A stretch of 64,000 nt of DNA from Octopus vulgaris (taxonomy: Eukaryota): NCBI GenBank assembly GCA_951406725.2, contig OX597824.1, positions 83,948,001 to 84,012,000 on the forward strand. Direction: 5' to 3'. This document shows, one piece after another, positions 40,017 to 52,930 of the stretch. The position numbers were made by a program, and so were the translations under genes. The notes below the pieces were generated by a model that worked only from the letters and a program-made list of their open reading frames with translations, did not search any database and was not told the origin of the DNA. Numbering within the stretch: the stretch's first letter is position 1; each line of letters starts with the position of its first letter.

Positions 40017-41084
40017 TGTTACGAGGGGACCTCCGAAAACTGTACGGAATCCCTCAGACAGGCCCGACTCGATCAGCGAATGTTCCCGCCACGGAAACTC
40101 GTCGGAGAGGAGAGATACAACAACAACAACAACCGCAGCAGCACAGAGAGATACAGAGGCACAGAGGCAAGGCAACAACTGGCAACACTGGCTTACATTC
40201 AACAACAGTTTATATGACAATCAATTGTTACAACATCAAGATACATCAAAGCATTTAAGGGAAACAACAAATCAATACATCATACGGGTATACCACAGAT
40301 CAAAGCATTTAAACATGCATGTAACAATATAACAGTGTTCAGTAACGACACAACAAGTCCAGATCAAATAATGTTCACGATACGTCACAGTCCAATCAGA
40401 ACACTTTGATACATTATACAATGTTCGTATCACAATAATTCACGTTACAATTCAACAAGTCCTTTACTGTTCTTTTCACTGTCTCTTTACATCGTGACAC
40501 GTATCAATACACAATCACATACCTTAATTCCTAACTGAATTGCCAGTGTCCCATTCTGCACTCATCTCTCTCTCAATACCGCTAAATCCAGCTTGCCAAA
40601 CTCCTGCATCCCAACTTGCTTGCTCCTAAGATTCCACCGCTTGCTCCTAAGATTCCACCTACTCGCTCTGACTTCCAGAATCCCACTGTGTTCTTCGAGG
40701 ACCGACCACCGACTGCCAAGACCTCACTTCCTCTCTAACTGCCCTGCTCCCCTACTGCCTATCTCTCTCGCCTGCTGCCTATCATCCTCTCATGACAGCT
40801 CTACCATACTCTCTGCCTGTCCCTCTCTGCCCCCCTCATCCTCTCTCACTGCCAATTCTTCCTCACATCTGTCCCTTAGCCTTATACTCTATCTCTCTCA
40901 CTACTTTCCTTCCTCTTCTTCAAGGGGTGTTTAGAAAGACCTCTAATCGACCGCACAAGGCCAGAAAGGTCCATCCAAAAGCCATCAGTCTCCCAGTAAA
41001 CAAAGGACTGTCTCTTTCCTTCCAGACCTGCCGGCCCCACACCCAATGTGGGTCACCAAGAACTGCACTAGTTAAACCGTAACA
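40017..41084. mobile_element. Solo LTR (probably Gypsy), 1068 bp
   Basis: Termini TGTTACG...CGTAACA (7-bp inverted repeat), 4-bp TSD ATAT at 40013-16 and 41085-88; GC- and CpG-richer than its flanks. Confidence 0.8.
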
Positions 41085-41820
41085 ATATAGATATGTTCCT
41101 TGTCTTCATGTAATTTTATGTTATACCTATGTATGTATTTATTTATTATGTTGATGTAAATCATAAATATAAAATGATTATCTATATTTTTGTCTCTTCT
41201 TATACCAAGTTATATAATGTCTAACATCTTAGGTTCGACCTGACCACTTCCAAGTGATCGGGTAAAAAAACTTAAAAACAATTTTATATATATATATAAA
41301 CATTTGAGCAAGGTCATTGCCAGTGCCGCTGGACTGGCTTCTGTGTAGGTGGCACATAAAAAGCATCATTTGAGCGTGGCCGTTGCCAGTACCACCTGAC
41401 TGGCCCTCGTGCCGGTGGCACATAAAAGCATCCACTACGCTCTCGGAGTGGTTGGCGTTAGGAAGGGCATCCAGCTGTAGAACCTCTGCCAGATCAAGAT
41501 TGGAGCCTGGTGCAGCCATCTGGTTCGCCAGTCCTCAGTCAAATCGTCCAACCCATGCTAGCATGGAAAGCAGACGTTAAACGATGATGATGATGTATGT
41601 ATTTTAAAATTTCACTTGGGCATTGTGATACTAATAACCTGGGATTAGAACTCAGTATAACATACACTTCAGAATAAAGCATTTGTTGAGTAGAGAGTGT
41701 ATAAGGAAACAAGAAACTATGTAATGAACTTCTACGTAATTTCTTGTTCCCTTGCTATTTAGATACTATCTGATTATATATATATGTATATATGTGTGTG
41801 TGTGTATGTATATATATATA

Positions 41821-41895
<75 letters not shown>

Positions 41896-42522
41896 AGAGT
41901 TTACGAAAAAAACAAAAGACGAAGACTGGTGGTGTACAAAACAAACAGATGTATTAGTTTAACGCTCAGGAATAGAAAAAGTCTTTTATGTTTCGAGCCT
42001 ACGCTCTTCTACAGAAAGGGACACAGAAAAAACAAGGAGAGAAAAATTGTGTGTAGTTGCTAACGATATATATATATATTTCTGTCTTATTTCATTTATA
42101 TATTTGTTTTGCACGATTTCTGATGTGAAACAGATATTCTTATATTTCAGGATGGTGATTTTTTTTTTTTTTGTTTTTTGGCCAAATAAACACACCAGCT
42201 TCATATTTGTCCTTCACTTCGGCTTCATAAATGTTCTTATTTTTGTGTCCTTTGTCTTAAATCTTTTGTCACACGTTCTGTAACCTCTTCAGCTACTTTC
42301 CATCCCATGTCTCTCCTCCTCTACTCACAAGGCTTTTGTTGGCCTGGGGCTATAGTGGAAACCACTTATCCATTGTGCCACACAGTGGAACTGAACCCCC
42401 AAGACCACATGACTCGGAAACAAGCCTATTAACCACACCTGTGCTTATATGTGAGATATTAACTTGAACAGAGATCACCTGCAGGTTTTTCTTCCCTCAA
42501 ACATTGATTTTTTACTTTACAG

Positions 42523-42756
42523 ATGTTCATCAAGGAATACTCAGAGGTTCCGTTTGAAGCCATCACATACATGACTGGAGAATGTAACTATGGAGGACGT
42601 GTCACTGATTCCTGGGACAGGCGTTGCTTGTTGACCATTCTAGCAGACTTTTACACCCCAGCAATTATAAAGGAAACCAAATATAGGTTCTCCTCCAGTG
42701 GTATTTACTATGCCCCTCAGAAGGGCACATATGACGATTATGTGGAATTCATCAAG
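42523..42756 (+). CDS. DNAH12: Dynein heavy chain exon F (AAA lid)
   Basis: tttactttacAG|ATG ... AAG|GTAACA, 234 nt. MFIKEYSEVPFEAITYMTGECNYGGRVTDSWDRRCLLTILADFYTPAIIKETKYRFSSSGIYYAPQKGTYDDYVEFIK (YGGRVTDxWDRR). Confidence 0.95.
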
Positions 42757-42975
42757 GTAACATCAGACTGTCTTACTAATTTAACTGTTATTATTTCTGT
42801 TATTCTTTTACTCTTTTGCTCTTTTACTTGGAGCACCGCCTTTAGTTGAGCAAATCAACCCCAGGACTTATTCTTCATAAGCCTAGTACTTATTCTATCA
42901 GTCTCTTTTGCTTAACCGCTACCACACCACCATCAGTTGTCAAGCGATGTTGGGAGGAAAAATACAGACACACAA

Positions 42976-43018
<43 letters not shown>

Positions 43019-43206
43019 CATATACACATATATACAACGGGCTTTTTTCAGTTTCCGTCTACCAATTCTACTCACAAGGCTTTGGCCGGCCCGAGGCTAT
43101 AGTAGAAGACACTCGCCCAAGGTGCCATGCAGTGGGACTAAACCCGGAACCATGTGGTTGGTAAGCAAGTTACTTACCACACAGCCACTCCTGCGCCTAT
43201 TATTAA

Positions 43207-43429
43207 CCCTTTCGATATCAACCCAGCTGAAACTGCCTCTGGTTCTGTAGTACAAATGTCTTGTTTTCAAAAGTTCTGAATTAAAATCTTCCACCAAACC
43301 TTAGTCACAATTTATATTCCTAACACTAGCTTAATGACAACTAAGTTATTTTACTACATTTTTTTGTTATATTTAAAATTAATTGAAAGAAACACAGAGA
43401 ATCTCATCAGAAATACGGTGATGAAAGGG
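43207..43429. mobile_element. piggyBac-type MITE
   Basis: TTAA|CCCTTTC ... GAAAGGG|TTAA; TTAA TSD. Confidence 0.85.
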
Positions 43430-43639
43430 TTAAGGCAGTGAGTTGGCATTTTGTCTTTTTTTATATTCTGAATTCAAATTCTGCCAAGATCAACTTTGCC
43501 TTTCATCCTTTCACAGTCAATAAAATAAGAACCAGTTAAGCAGTGTGTGTGGGAAGGTGTTAATGTAATCAACTTATCTCCTCCCCCGAAATGGCTGGCC
43601 TTGTGCCAAAATTTCAAACCATAAATTTTCATTATTATT

Positions 43640-44011
43640 GCCTTTGCACAGCTTCTAACGCTGGAGATGTGCTACACTGTCAGCTGTTCACTACCAGTGA
43701 GCTAAGGTAACACCTCTTATTTTTCGAGCTCCTGCCGTAGTATTCGAGTGCTTCCAAGCAGTGCTGTTTTCTGCAAGTGCTCCACCCTTATTGCAGCCCC
43801 TATTTCTTCCATGTACTTCTCGAGATTTTTGCTCACTGTTCCCAGGGCTCCGACAATTATTGGTACTACTTCTACCTTTTTCATCGGCCACAACTGCTTA
43901 ACTTCCCAAGCTAACCTGTCATATCTCTCAACTTTTCTTTCTTCCTTATTGCATACCTTGTTGTCAGCTGGGCATGCTATATCTATGATCCAACAAAGTT
44001 TGTTTTCCTTG

Positions 44012-44013
<2 letters not shown>
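43640..44013 (-). mobile_element. 5'-truncated R4/Dong-clade non-LTR retrotransposon (restriction-like endonuclease C-terminus)
   Basis: DKENKLCWIIDIACPADNKVCNKEERKVERYDRLAWEVKQLWPMKKVEVVPIIVGALG...LQKTALLGSTRILRQELEK* has the RLE signature of R4-clade elements; both ends abut (TAA)n. Confidence 0.85.
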
Positions 44014-44060
<47 letters not shown>

Positions 44061-44061
44061 C

Positions 44062-44186
<125 letters not shown>

Positions 44187-44933
44187 GATGGTGAACTGGC
44201 AGAGTCGTTAGGAAGCCAGGCAAAATGTTTAGTGACATTTCACCCGTCTTTATGTTCTGAGTTCAAATTCTGCCAAGGTCAACTTTACCTTTCTGCCTTC
44301 TGGAGTCAATAAAATAAATACCAGTTATGCACTGGTGCCAATGCAATCAACTCATTACCTGCCCCAAAATTTCAGGCTTTGTACTGATTATAGAAAGGAT
44401 TGTTGTTATTGTTGTTGCTTATTAATTAAATGGAATCCTGTTTGGTTTTATGTTAAACTATGGAACTACTGATGCACTCTTCATAGATGTTCTTAGCTAA
44501 GCATAAACTCCTATAACTATCATTCGTTGATCTGGAAATGGTCTGTTGCAAAGGTCAATCTCTGCAATCTTATGATTGCTAACAAGACTAGATGTAGATT
44601 ATAAGAGGTATGCAGTGCAATATGCGAGATGCCACCAGCAAAGTGATTTGGGAAATGAGCACTGAGGGATTTGGTGCACATGAGGGTGTCCATCAAGATT
44701 TGGTTTTTGTCTGTAACCTATTTTGTTCCTAGTTCTCCATGACCAGCTGTCTGTGGGAATTCCTGTATACTGTCGCCCTATGTCTCAGAGCCAAATTTGT
44801 CAAAGAGAATTAGAAAGAATTTCTTAGAAAAGACATTCCCTGAATGGGAGAAAGCTTAGAATTGAGGGTCTGTAAAATAAACATTGCCAAGATTAAAGTC
44901 TTAGCAGGAAAGAAGACAGGATTCTAATATCAG

Positions 44934-45231
44934 TGTAGTGTGATGGAGGAAAAGAACAACAGAAAAAGAAGCAACGGGAGAAAGAAATACAAAAGGCCTT
45001 ACCTCGGCAAAATCAGCGGTCTCTCATGAATTCAACACGTCCTGTCACTTTGCCGTCTATGCTGGAACTGACCACGCTTCCTCGCTGACCACACGCGCTT
45101 CCTGCCACACATGCGCCCTTCACTCTTCCGCCGGCCCCTGTAAGCCCTACTTCCGCCCACTTCATCTGTCATCCTCTCCACCAACACCACATAGCTCATC
45201 ACGGCCCATAACACCGACCGCCAACACCACA
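44934..45231. mobile_element. Short solo LTR, 298 bp
   Basis: TGTAGTG...CACCACA termini, 5-bp TSD ATCAG (44929-33 and 45232-36), CpG-rich. Confidence 0.75.
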
Positions 45232-45335
45232 ATCAGCTTGGAAGTGGCCATCCAATGTAAACTATGAGCATGTAGAAGATGCAGTAAGATCATAGGCAGG
45301 CTGATAGTAAAGGAAGACTTTGTATTTGGCAGATG

Positions 45336-46299
45336 CAGAGCTGGATTAACCATTAAGCAAAATAAGCATGTGCTTAGGGCATCAAGGTAAACAGGGGGGG
45401 GTACTACAGAAATGGTAAATGGCTTATGGCACAAAAGAAATCCCATTAAGTTTGCTAAAATAATATTCAAAGTGGCTTATATGATGAGAAATATAAAATA
45501 TAATTTCAAAGTGTTCATGGTGTAATAGAGACTTTGCAATTTAAAAAAGATAGGAACAAACTTTTCAAATTCAGGGTGGACCAAAATGATCTAACACATT
45601 TGGAGGCTTAATAAAAGCACAAAATAAGAAATAATGAAACGAAAAATTTTATTTTCTGAATGCACATATAATGCCATTTTATTTCATTAAGTTTTAAAAA
45701 TTAAATCAGCTAAATGCTTCCCAACATTGTCAACACACTGTTGGAGACATTCATGAAAGTTATCGGTAACTCTATGGATCATTTCTTCTGGAACGGTGAA
45801 ATGTGATTTATTCTTGTGGGGATATTTAAAATCAAAATTATTCAGTCATCGCCCTCAATTTATTGATGAATTAAAATGCGCAATTTGTGTAGAAATAGCA
45901 ACCATTCCAGAAGAAATGATCCATAGAGTTATCAATAACTTTCATGAATGTCTCCAACAGTGTGTTGACAATGATGGGAAGCATTTAACTGATTTAATTT
46001 TTAAAACTTAATGAAGTAAAATGGCATTATATGCACATTCAGAAAATAAAATTTTTCTTTTCACTATTTCTTGTGCTTTTATTAAGCCTCCAAATGTGTC
46101 AGATCATTTTGGTCCACCCTGTATAAATATAAAGTGAAAGTAAACAAAGATAAAAATTATTTTCTATCTTACTGTTGGTTCTGTTTTATTTTGGAAATTA
46201 AAAATTTCTTTTATGGCTTATTATTGTTTATATTTTGAATTACTTATATACAGGGGCACCAAAATCTTTTAAGTGCCTATGGGTCATAATTCAACCCTA
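45336..46299. mobile_element. hAT-type non-autonomous element
   Basis: 8-bp TSD GGCAGATG (45328-35 and 46300-07); degenerate CAGGGCCGGATTAA-like TIRs; a related end occurs at 22310-22345. Confidence 0.8.
45572..46121. mobile_element. Foldback Tc1/mariner derivative with a transposase C-terminal remnant
   Basis: ~225-bp inverted arms 45572-45797 and 45901-46121 beginning CAGGGTGGACCAAAATG; 45796-46011 encodes CDLFLWGYLKSK...GKHLTDLIFKT*, the C-terminus of Tc1/mariner (rosa/maT-like) transposases. Confidence 0.9.
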
Positions 46300-48412
46300 G
46301 GCAGATGCATAAGAGCAGTTAGTAATAAGAACAATTGTGAAATGGATTCTTTCATTTGCTCAGAAGTGTCTGCAGTGACCATCAACTTCTCTTATCTAGA
46401 TGGTCTGATTAACAATGGAGATAGATTCTTTGAAAAACTGAGTTGCAAGAGTAAGGACAAGTTAGAAAAAAGTTCAGGGAGTCATTATCTCTGCTGGCAA
46501 CAAAAGGTTTCTCTCTCTAAGTGAAGAGTGGATTGTAGGATGCTTACATACAAAGTGTGATGGTGAATGATTGAGAAACATGAGAATTGAATATAGAAGA
46601 TGTGTAAAGGCTTAGAAAGAAATAAAGTGAGTGTGCTTTAAATGAATGTATAATGTACAATGTTTGTGTACATGAACGGCAAAGTACAAATAAATTGAGT
46701 AAAAATAGATAAATGGATGCAAGAGGGATCAGCCCCAGTGCAGAAGAGAAAAAAATATCTGCAGTTGTATGAACATGTAATATGTTTAGTTAATGGTAAA
46801 TAAATAAAGAAGTGCCAAGATATCTAAATGGAAGGAACCTGTGGGATGAAGAACTAGAAAAATCATGGGTAGAAGTGGTGAAAGTAGATCTCAAGGGATT
46901 GAACTTTGTGGAAGAAATGGTAAAGGAATGCGACATGTGGTGAATTGATGTAGGAGAGAAGATTTGTTTGATCCATTTAAAATAAGTGAAGTTAACTGAG
47001 AAAGAAATGCTTTTGAATGCCACAAATTGTGGTGGTGGTGGTGGTGGTGGTGGTGGTGGTGGTGGGGGTTTCAACAGATAAAGAACAGCATGAATGTATT
47101 TTAAAAAAAAAAAACATGCAATTTGCATGTAGAATTTAAGTGAGGACAGGAGTGGCTGTGTGGTAAAAGAAGCGGCAAGCTGGTAGAAGCGTTAGCATGC
47201 TGGACGAAATGCATAGCAGTATTTCGTCTGCCGCTATATTCTGAGTTCAAATTCCGCCGAGGTCGACTTTGCCTTTCATCTTTTCGGGGTCGATTAAATA
47301 AGTACCAGTTATGCACTGGGGTCGATGTAATCGACTTAATCTGTTTGTCTGTCCTTGTTTGTCCCCTCTGTGTGTAGCCCCTTGTGGGTAGTAAAGAAAT
47401 AGGTATTTAGGGCGGCGAGCTGGTAGAAGCGTTAGCACGCTGGACGAAATGCATAGCAGTATTTCGTCTGCCGCTATGTTCTGAGTTCAAATTCCGCCGA
47501 GGTCGACTTTGCCTTTCATCCTCTCGGGGTCGATTAAATAAGTACCAGTTATGCACTGGGGTCGATATAATCGACTTAATCTGCTTGTCTGTCCTTGTTT
47601 GTCCCCACTGTGTGTAGCCCTTTGTGGGCAGTAAAGAAATAAGAAGCTTGTTTCCCCTAACACATGGTGCCTTGGGCAAGTGTCTTCTACTATAGCCTCA
47701 GGCCAACAAAAGCCTTATGAGTGGATTTGGTAGAAGAAAACTGAAAGAAGCCCGTTTTATGTATATGTGTGTGTGTGTGTGTGTGTGCATGTGTCTGTGT
47801 TTGTCCCCCACCATTGCTTGACAACTGGTGTTAGTATGTTTATGTCCCCATAACTTAGCGGTTTAGCAAAGTACTGGGTCCGGTTCATTCAGCTGAAATT
47901 TCTCTAAGGTATGATCTCAGTCTAATGACTGAAACAAGTAAAAAATTATATATATATATATATCATCATCGTCATCATCATCATACCATTATCATTCATG
48001 GGTTCGACAGTTTGACAGGAGCTGGCCAGGCAGGAGACTACATCAGACTTTTGTATCTGTTTTGGCAGGGTTTTACTGTTGAGTGCCCTTCCTAAACATG
48101 CACAGACACACACACATGCATACATACGCATGTTTTATGTCTTTGTGTCTGTCTGTCACTATCACATGACAACAAGTGTTTGTTTGTTTACATTCCTATA
48201 ACTTCGCAGTCGAGGAAAAGAGACCAATAGAATAAGTACCAAACACTAAGGAAAACAAAAAAAAAAAGAAAGAAAAAAACAAGTACCAAGGTTGATTTGC
48301 TCAACCGAACCCTTGAAAGTAGTGCCCCAGCATGACCATAACCCAATGACTGAAACAAGCAAAAGATATAAGATAAGTTGCAGAAGAAATTTATGATTTA
48401 TAATGTATAGTA

Positions 48413-49054
48413 GGCGCAGGAGTGGCTGTGTGGTAAGTAGCTCGCTTACCAACCACATGGTTCCGGGTTCAGTCCCACTGCATGGCACCTTGGGCAAGTG
48501 TCTTCTACTATAGCCTCGGGTCAACCAAAGCCTTTTTGAGTGGATTTGGTTGACGGAAACTGAAAGAAGCCTGTCGTATATATGTATATATATATATATA
48601 TATGTGTGTGTGTATGTATGTGTGTGTATATATTTGTGTGTCTGTGTTTGTCCCTCCAACATCTCTTGACAGCCGATGCTGGTGTGTTATTGTAACCTAG
48701 CGGTTTGGCAAAAGAGACTGATAGAATAAGTACTAGGCTTATAAAGAATAAGTCCTGGAATTGATTTACTCGACTAAAGGCGGTGCTCCAGCATGGCCAC
48801 AGTCAAATGACTGAAACAAGTAAAAGAGTATAGTCTTCACTATATGCAATTACTCTTTTACTTGTTTCAGTCATTTGACTGCGGCCATGCTGGAGCACCG
48901 CCTTTAATCGAGCAACTCGACCCTGGGACTTATTCTTTTGTAAGCCCAGTACTTATTCTATCTGTCTCTTTTGCCGAACCGCTAAGTAACAAGGACATAA
49001 ACACACCAGCATCGGTTGTCAAGCAATGCTAGGGGGAGAAACACAGACACACAA

Positions 49055-49085
<31 letters not shown>

Positions 49086-49255
49086 CATATATACGACGGG
49101 CTTCTTTCAGTCTCCGTCTACTAAATCCACTCACAAGGCTTTGGTCGGCCCGAGGCTAGAGTAGAAGACACTTGCCCAAGGTGCCACGCAGTGGGATTGA
49201 ACCCGGAACCATGTGGTTGGTAAGCAAGCTACTTACCACACAGCCACTCCTGCGC
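48413..49255. mobile_element. Tail-to-tail pair of full-length SINE family A copies
   Basis: 48413-48830 (+) and 48851-49255 (-), 20-nt spacer. Confidence 0.9.
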
Positions 49256-49801
49256 GTTTATGTTTTTCAAAGATATGTACTAAACAATATGATCACTAAC
49301 AAAGTCATTAGACATTAGTTGTGACAAAAGATTTCATAACTTGCAGTGTATGTAGGAGGCTTTGCGAGCATATTGGTAGCAAAAAGAAGAGACACAATGG
49401 TACACATCAGAATATATTTGTGTATACTTTTGTATGCATATGTGGGTTTGTTAGTATGTAAGGCTTGCTAAAAAGACATGTAGAAGCCTAGCTGGCTCAT
49501 TGAGCCACTATCAAAAGCACACAGTTCTGTTAATAGACATTGCATGAATGGACAGCTATATATATATATAGATAGATATAAATATATAGATATATATATA
49601 TATATATACATGTAGTTGAAATTTACAGAAAAACAAAAGACGAAGACAGGTGTATAAACAACAAACAGGTGTATTAGCTTAACATTTGGAAAAGTGAGAA
49701 AGTCTTTTACGTTTTGAGCCTACGCTCTCCAACAGAAAGGAACTCGAGGAAATAAACAGAGAGAGAATAAATAAACATATATAATACAATATATATATAT
49801 G

Positions 49802-49850
<49 letters not shown>

Positions 49851-50519
49851 TACATCCATTCATACATAAATATACAATATATATTCATCATTTAATATCC
49901 GTTGATGATGGTATATATATTGTATATTTAATATATATATATTTATATATTTGCATACATACATACATATATATACACACATACGCACAAATACTCATAC
50001 GGATGTACGCAAGATAAAAAGAAACGTACTTCATAAATGAAGTTGAGTTTATTCATAACTAAATTCAGATGTCTGTGTGTGTGTGTGTGTGTATGTGAGT
50101 GAGTGTGTGTGTGCGTGTGAGTGTGTTGTTGATTGTGTGTGTATATGAAAGAGAAAGAGTAAGATAGAGAGAGTGAGATAGAGAGAGATAAGAGACAGCA
50201 AGAGAGAGAGTGAGACAGAGAAAGGCTGATCAATTGTTGTGACCGATAGATTACATACAAGACGGCCTGGTATTCTTGAAAGGAAGGGTAGGTGGGTAGG
50301 TGCTGGAGTGGTGATGGAGAGGAAGCACCAACATCTACAACAACAACATAAATAGAACACAAACAACAGCAACAACAACACCAGCGAGACTGGCGGAAAC
50401 TTAACTTTTCCAAGTCTTCAATTCAAGTCATTTTTATTTCCTTGCACAATCTAAACATTTATTGACTCAGGATTCACCATTCTTATTCTTTATGTTATTT
50501 TTTCTTTCAATCAACACAC

Positions 50520-51255
50520 TTTTTCTCTCTTTCTCTCTTTCTTACTCTTTCTTTCTCTCTTTTCACTCATTCTTTTATTCTCTCTCTCTCTCTCGCTCTG
50601 ACTATCTCTTTCTATCTCTTTCTGTCTCTCTGTAGCACCCCCTATGGCTCTTTCTTATTCTCTCTCTCACTATCTCCCTATCTCTCTCACTTTCTCCCTC
50701 TCTCTCTCACTTTCTCCCCTCTCTCTCACTTTCTCCCTCTCTCTCTCACTGTCTCTCTCTCTCTCCCTCTCTCTCTCTCTCTCACTTTCTCCCTCTCTCT
50801 CTCACTTTCTCCCTTTCTCTCTCACTTTCTCCCTCTCTCTCTCACTTTCTCCCCTCTCTCTCACTTTCTCCCTCTCTCTCTCTCACTTTCTCCCTCTCTC
50901 TCTCACTTTCTCACTTTCTCACTTTCTCCCTTTCTCTCTCTCTCACTTTCTCCCTTTCTCTCTCACTTTCTCCCTCTCTCTCTCTCACTTTCTCCCTTTC
51001 TCTCTCACTTTCTCCCTCTCTCTCACACTCTCATTCTGGCTCTGTTTGTCTCACCTCTTTCTCTCTCTGTTTCTCCTTCTCATACCCTTCTTCTCTCTCT
51101 TCCCCCTCTCTCTATTCCTTCTCATTTTCTCATCTCATTCTCTATCACTCTCACACCCTTTCTCATACCCTCTTATTTTCTCTCTCACACATACTCCCTT
51201 TCTCACACTTTCCCTTTCTTTCTCTCTCTTTCTCATACTCTCCCCTCTCTCTCAC
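50520..51255. repeat. Polypyrimidine minisatellite (CTCTCTCACTTTCTCC-like units)
   Basis: Almost pure C/T on the + strand with recurring CACTTTCTCC. Confidence 0.9.
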
Positions 51256-51467
51256 AAGTTACTATTTCATATTGGACATTTCTACATTTGTTTATATATT
51301 ATTGTCTCATTTAATATTTAGCAAGTGTATGTTAAGTAGAAATTGAAAGAAACCTGAAACAGCCGCAGACATAATCTTTATTTACAAATCCATCCACCTT
51401 ATATATTTTTTATGCTGATGATGATGTCGATGATGGCATTGATGATGATGACGATGATAATAATAAC

Positions 51468-51503
<36 letters not shown>

Positions 51504-51614
51504 TTTTTACACCTGAGCAACGGATGTAGAGGACGATACAAAGATGGACATAAAATGTGGAGAATTACATGGAATAAAATGATTTAAATAATAATAATAA
51601 CGATGATGATAATA

Positions 51615-51653
<39 letters not shown>

Positions 51654-52095
51654 TTAATCTTTTCTACTCTAGGCACAAGGTCTGAAATTTTGGGGGAGTT
51701 GGGGGAGCAGTCGATTAGATCGACCACCAGTATGCAACTGGTACTTAATTTGTTGACCCCAAAAGGATGAAAGGCAAAGTCGACCTTAGCGGAATTTGAA
51801 CTGGAAGCACAAGGCCTCAAATTTGGGGGAAGGGATTAAGTCGATTACATCGACCCCCAGTGCGTAACTGGTACTTATTTAATCGACCCCCAAAAGGATG
51901 AAAGGCAAAGTCGACTTCAGTGGAATTTGAACTGGAAGCACAAGGCCTCAAATTTGGGGGAAGGGATTAAGTCGATTACATCAACCCCAATGCGTAACTG
52001 GTACTTATTTAGTTGATCCCCCGAAAGGATGAAAGGCAAATTTGACCTCAGCAGAATAATAATAATGATAACAGTAATAACACCAATATTAGTAC

Positions 52096-52137
<42 letters not shown>

Positions 52138-52359
52138 GAAGAAGAAGAAGAAGAAGAAGAAGAACAACAACAACAACAACAACAACAACAATAATAATAA
52201 TGCTAACATCAACAACAATAAAAAGAACAACTCTGGTAGCAGTAGTAATAATAATGTTGTTTGCAGAATCTTAGAGATATTTAATTTCTGTATGATTAAT
52301 GCAAGTAATTTTACAAACAGGAACTTATTGCTTCTTCATATTCCATCTTTCAATAACCA

Positions 52360-52930
52360 TTCTCTCTCTGTCTGTCTGTTTCTCTTCCTTCTGCTTCCCT
52401 CCACCTCTCTCTCTCTCTCTTTCATTCTCTTCCTTCCTTCTTCCCTCCCCTCCTTTCTCTCTCACTCCTACTTTTGCTCTTTACCTCCACCTCTCCTCAT
52501 TCCCCTCTCTCTCTCTCACTCATGTCTTCCCTCCCACTCTCTCTTTCCTTTCACCTCTCTCTCTCTCTCTCTCTTCTTTCTCCTTCCCTCCTGCCTACTC
52601 TTGCTCTTTCCCTCCACCTCTCCCTCTCATTCCTCCTCTCTTTCTCTCTCACTCTCTCCCTTCCTCCTTCCCCTCTATCTCTCACTCTCTTCCTTCTTTC
52701 TCCTTTCCTCCTGCCTACTCTTGCTTTTTCTCTCCCTCTCTTTCTCTCTCACTCTTTCCCTTCCTCCTTCCTCTCTACCTCTCCCTCTCACTCTCTTCCT
52801 TCTTTCCCCTTCTCTTTCTCTCTGTCCCTTCTTCCTTCCCCTCTACCTCTCACTCTCTTCTTTCTCCTCCCCTCCCTCTTACACTTGCTCTTTCCCCCCC
52901 CTCTCTCTATCTCTATCTTTCTTTTACCAT
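52360..52930. repeat. Second long polypyrimidine (CT-rich) tract
   Basis: Low-complexity C/T with internal duplications such as CTCCTGCCTACTCTTGCT x2. Confidence 0.9.

Larger units (their letters stand above)
44600..46960 (+). mobile_element. Heavily decayed RTE LINE reverse-transcriptase remnant hosting nested insertions
   Basis: Fragments resembling GVHQG, PWELLYADD (here WEFLY), KVNxAKTKV, FSYL and KFRE..LL..KGFSL are scattered around the insertions. Confidence 0.6.
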
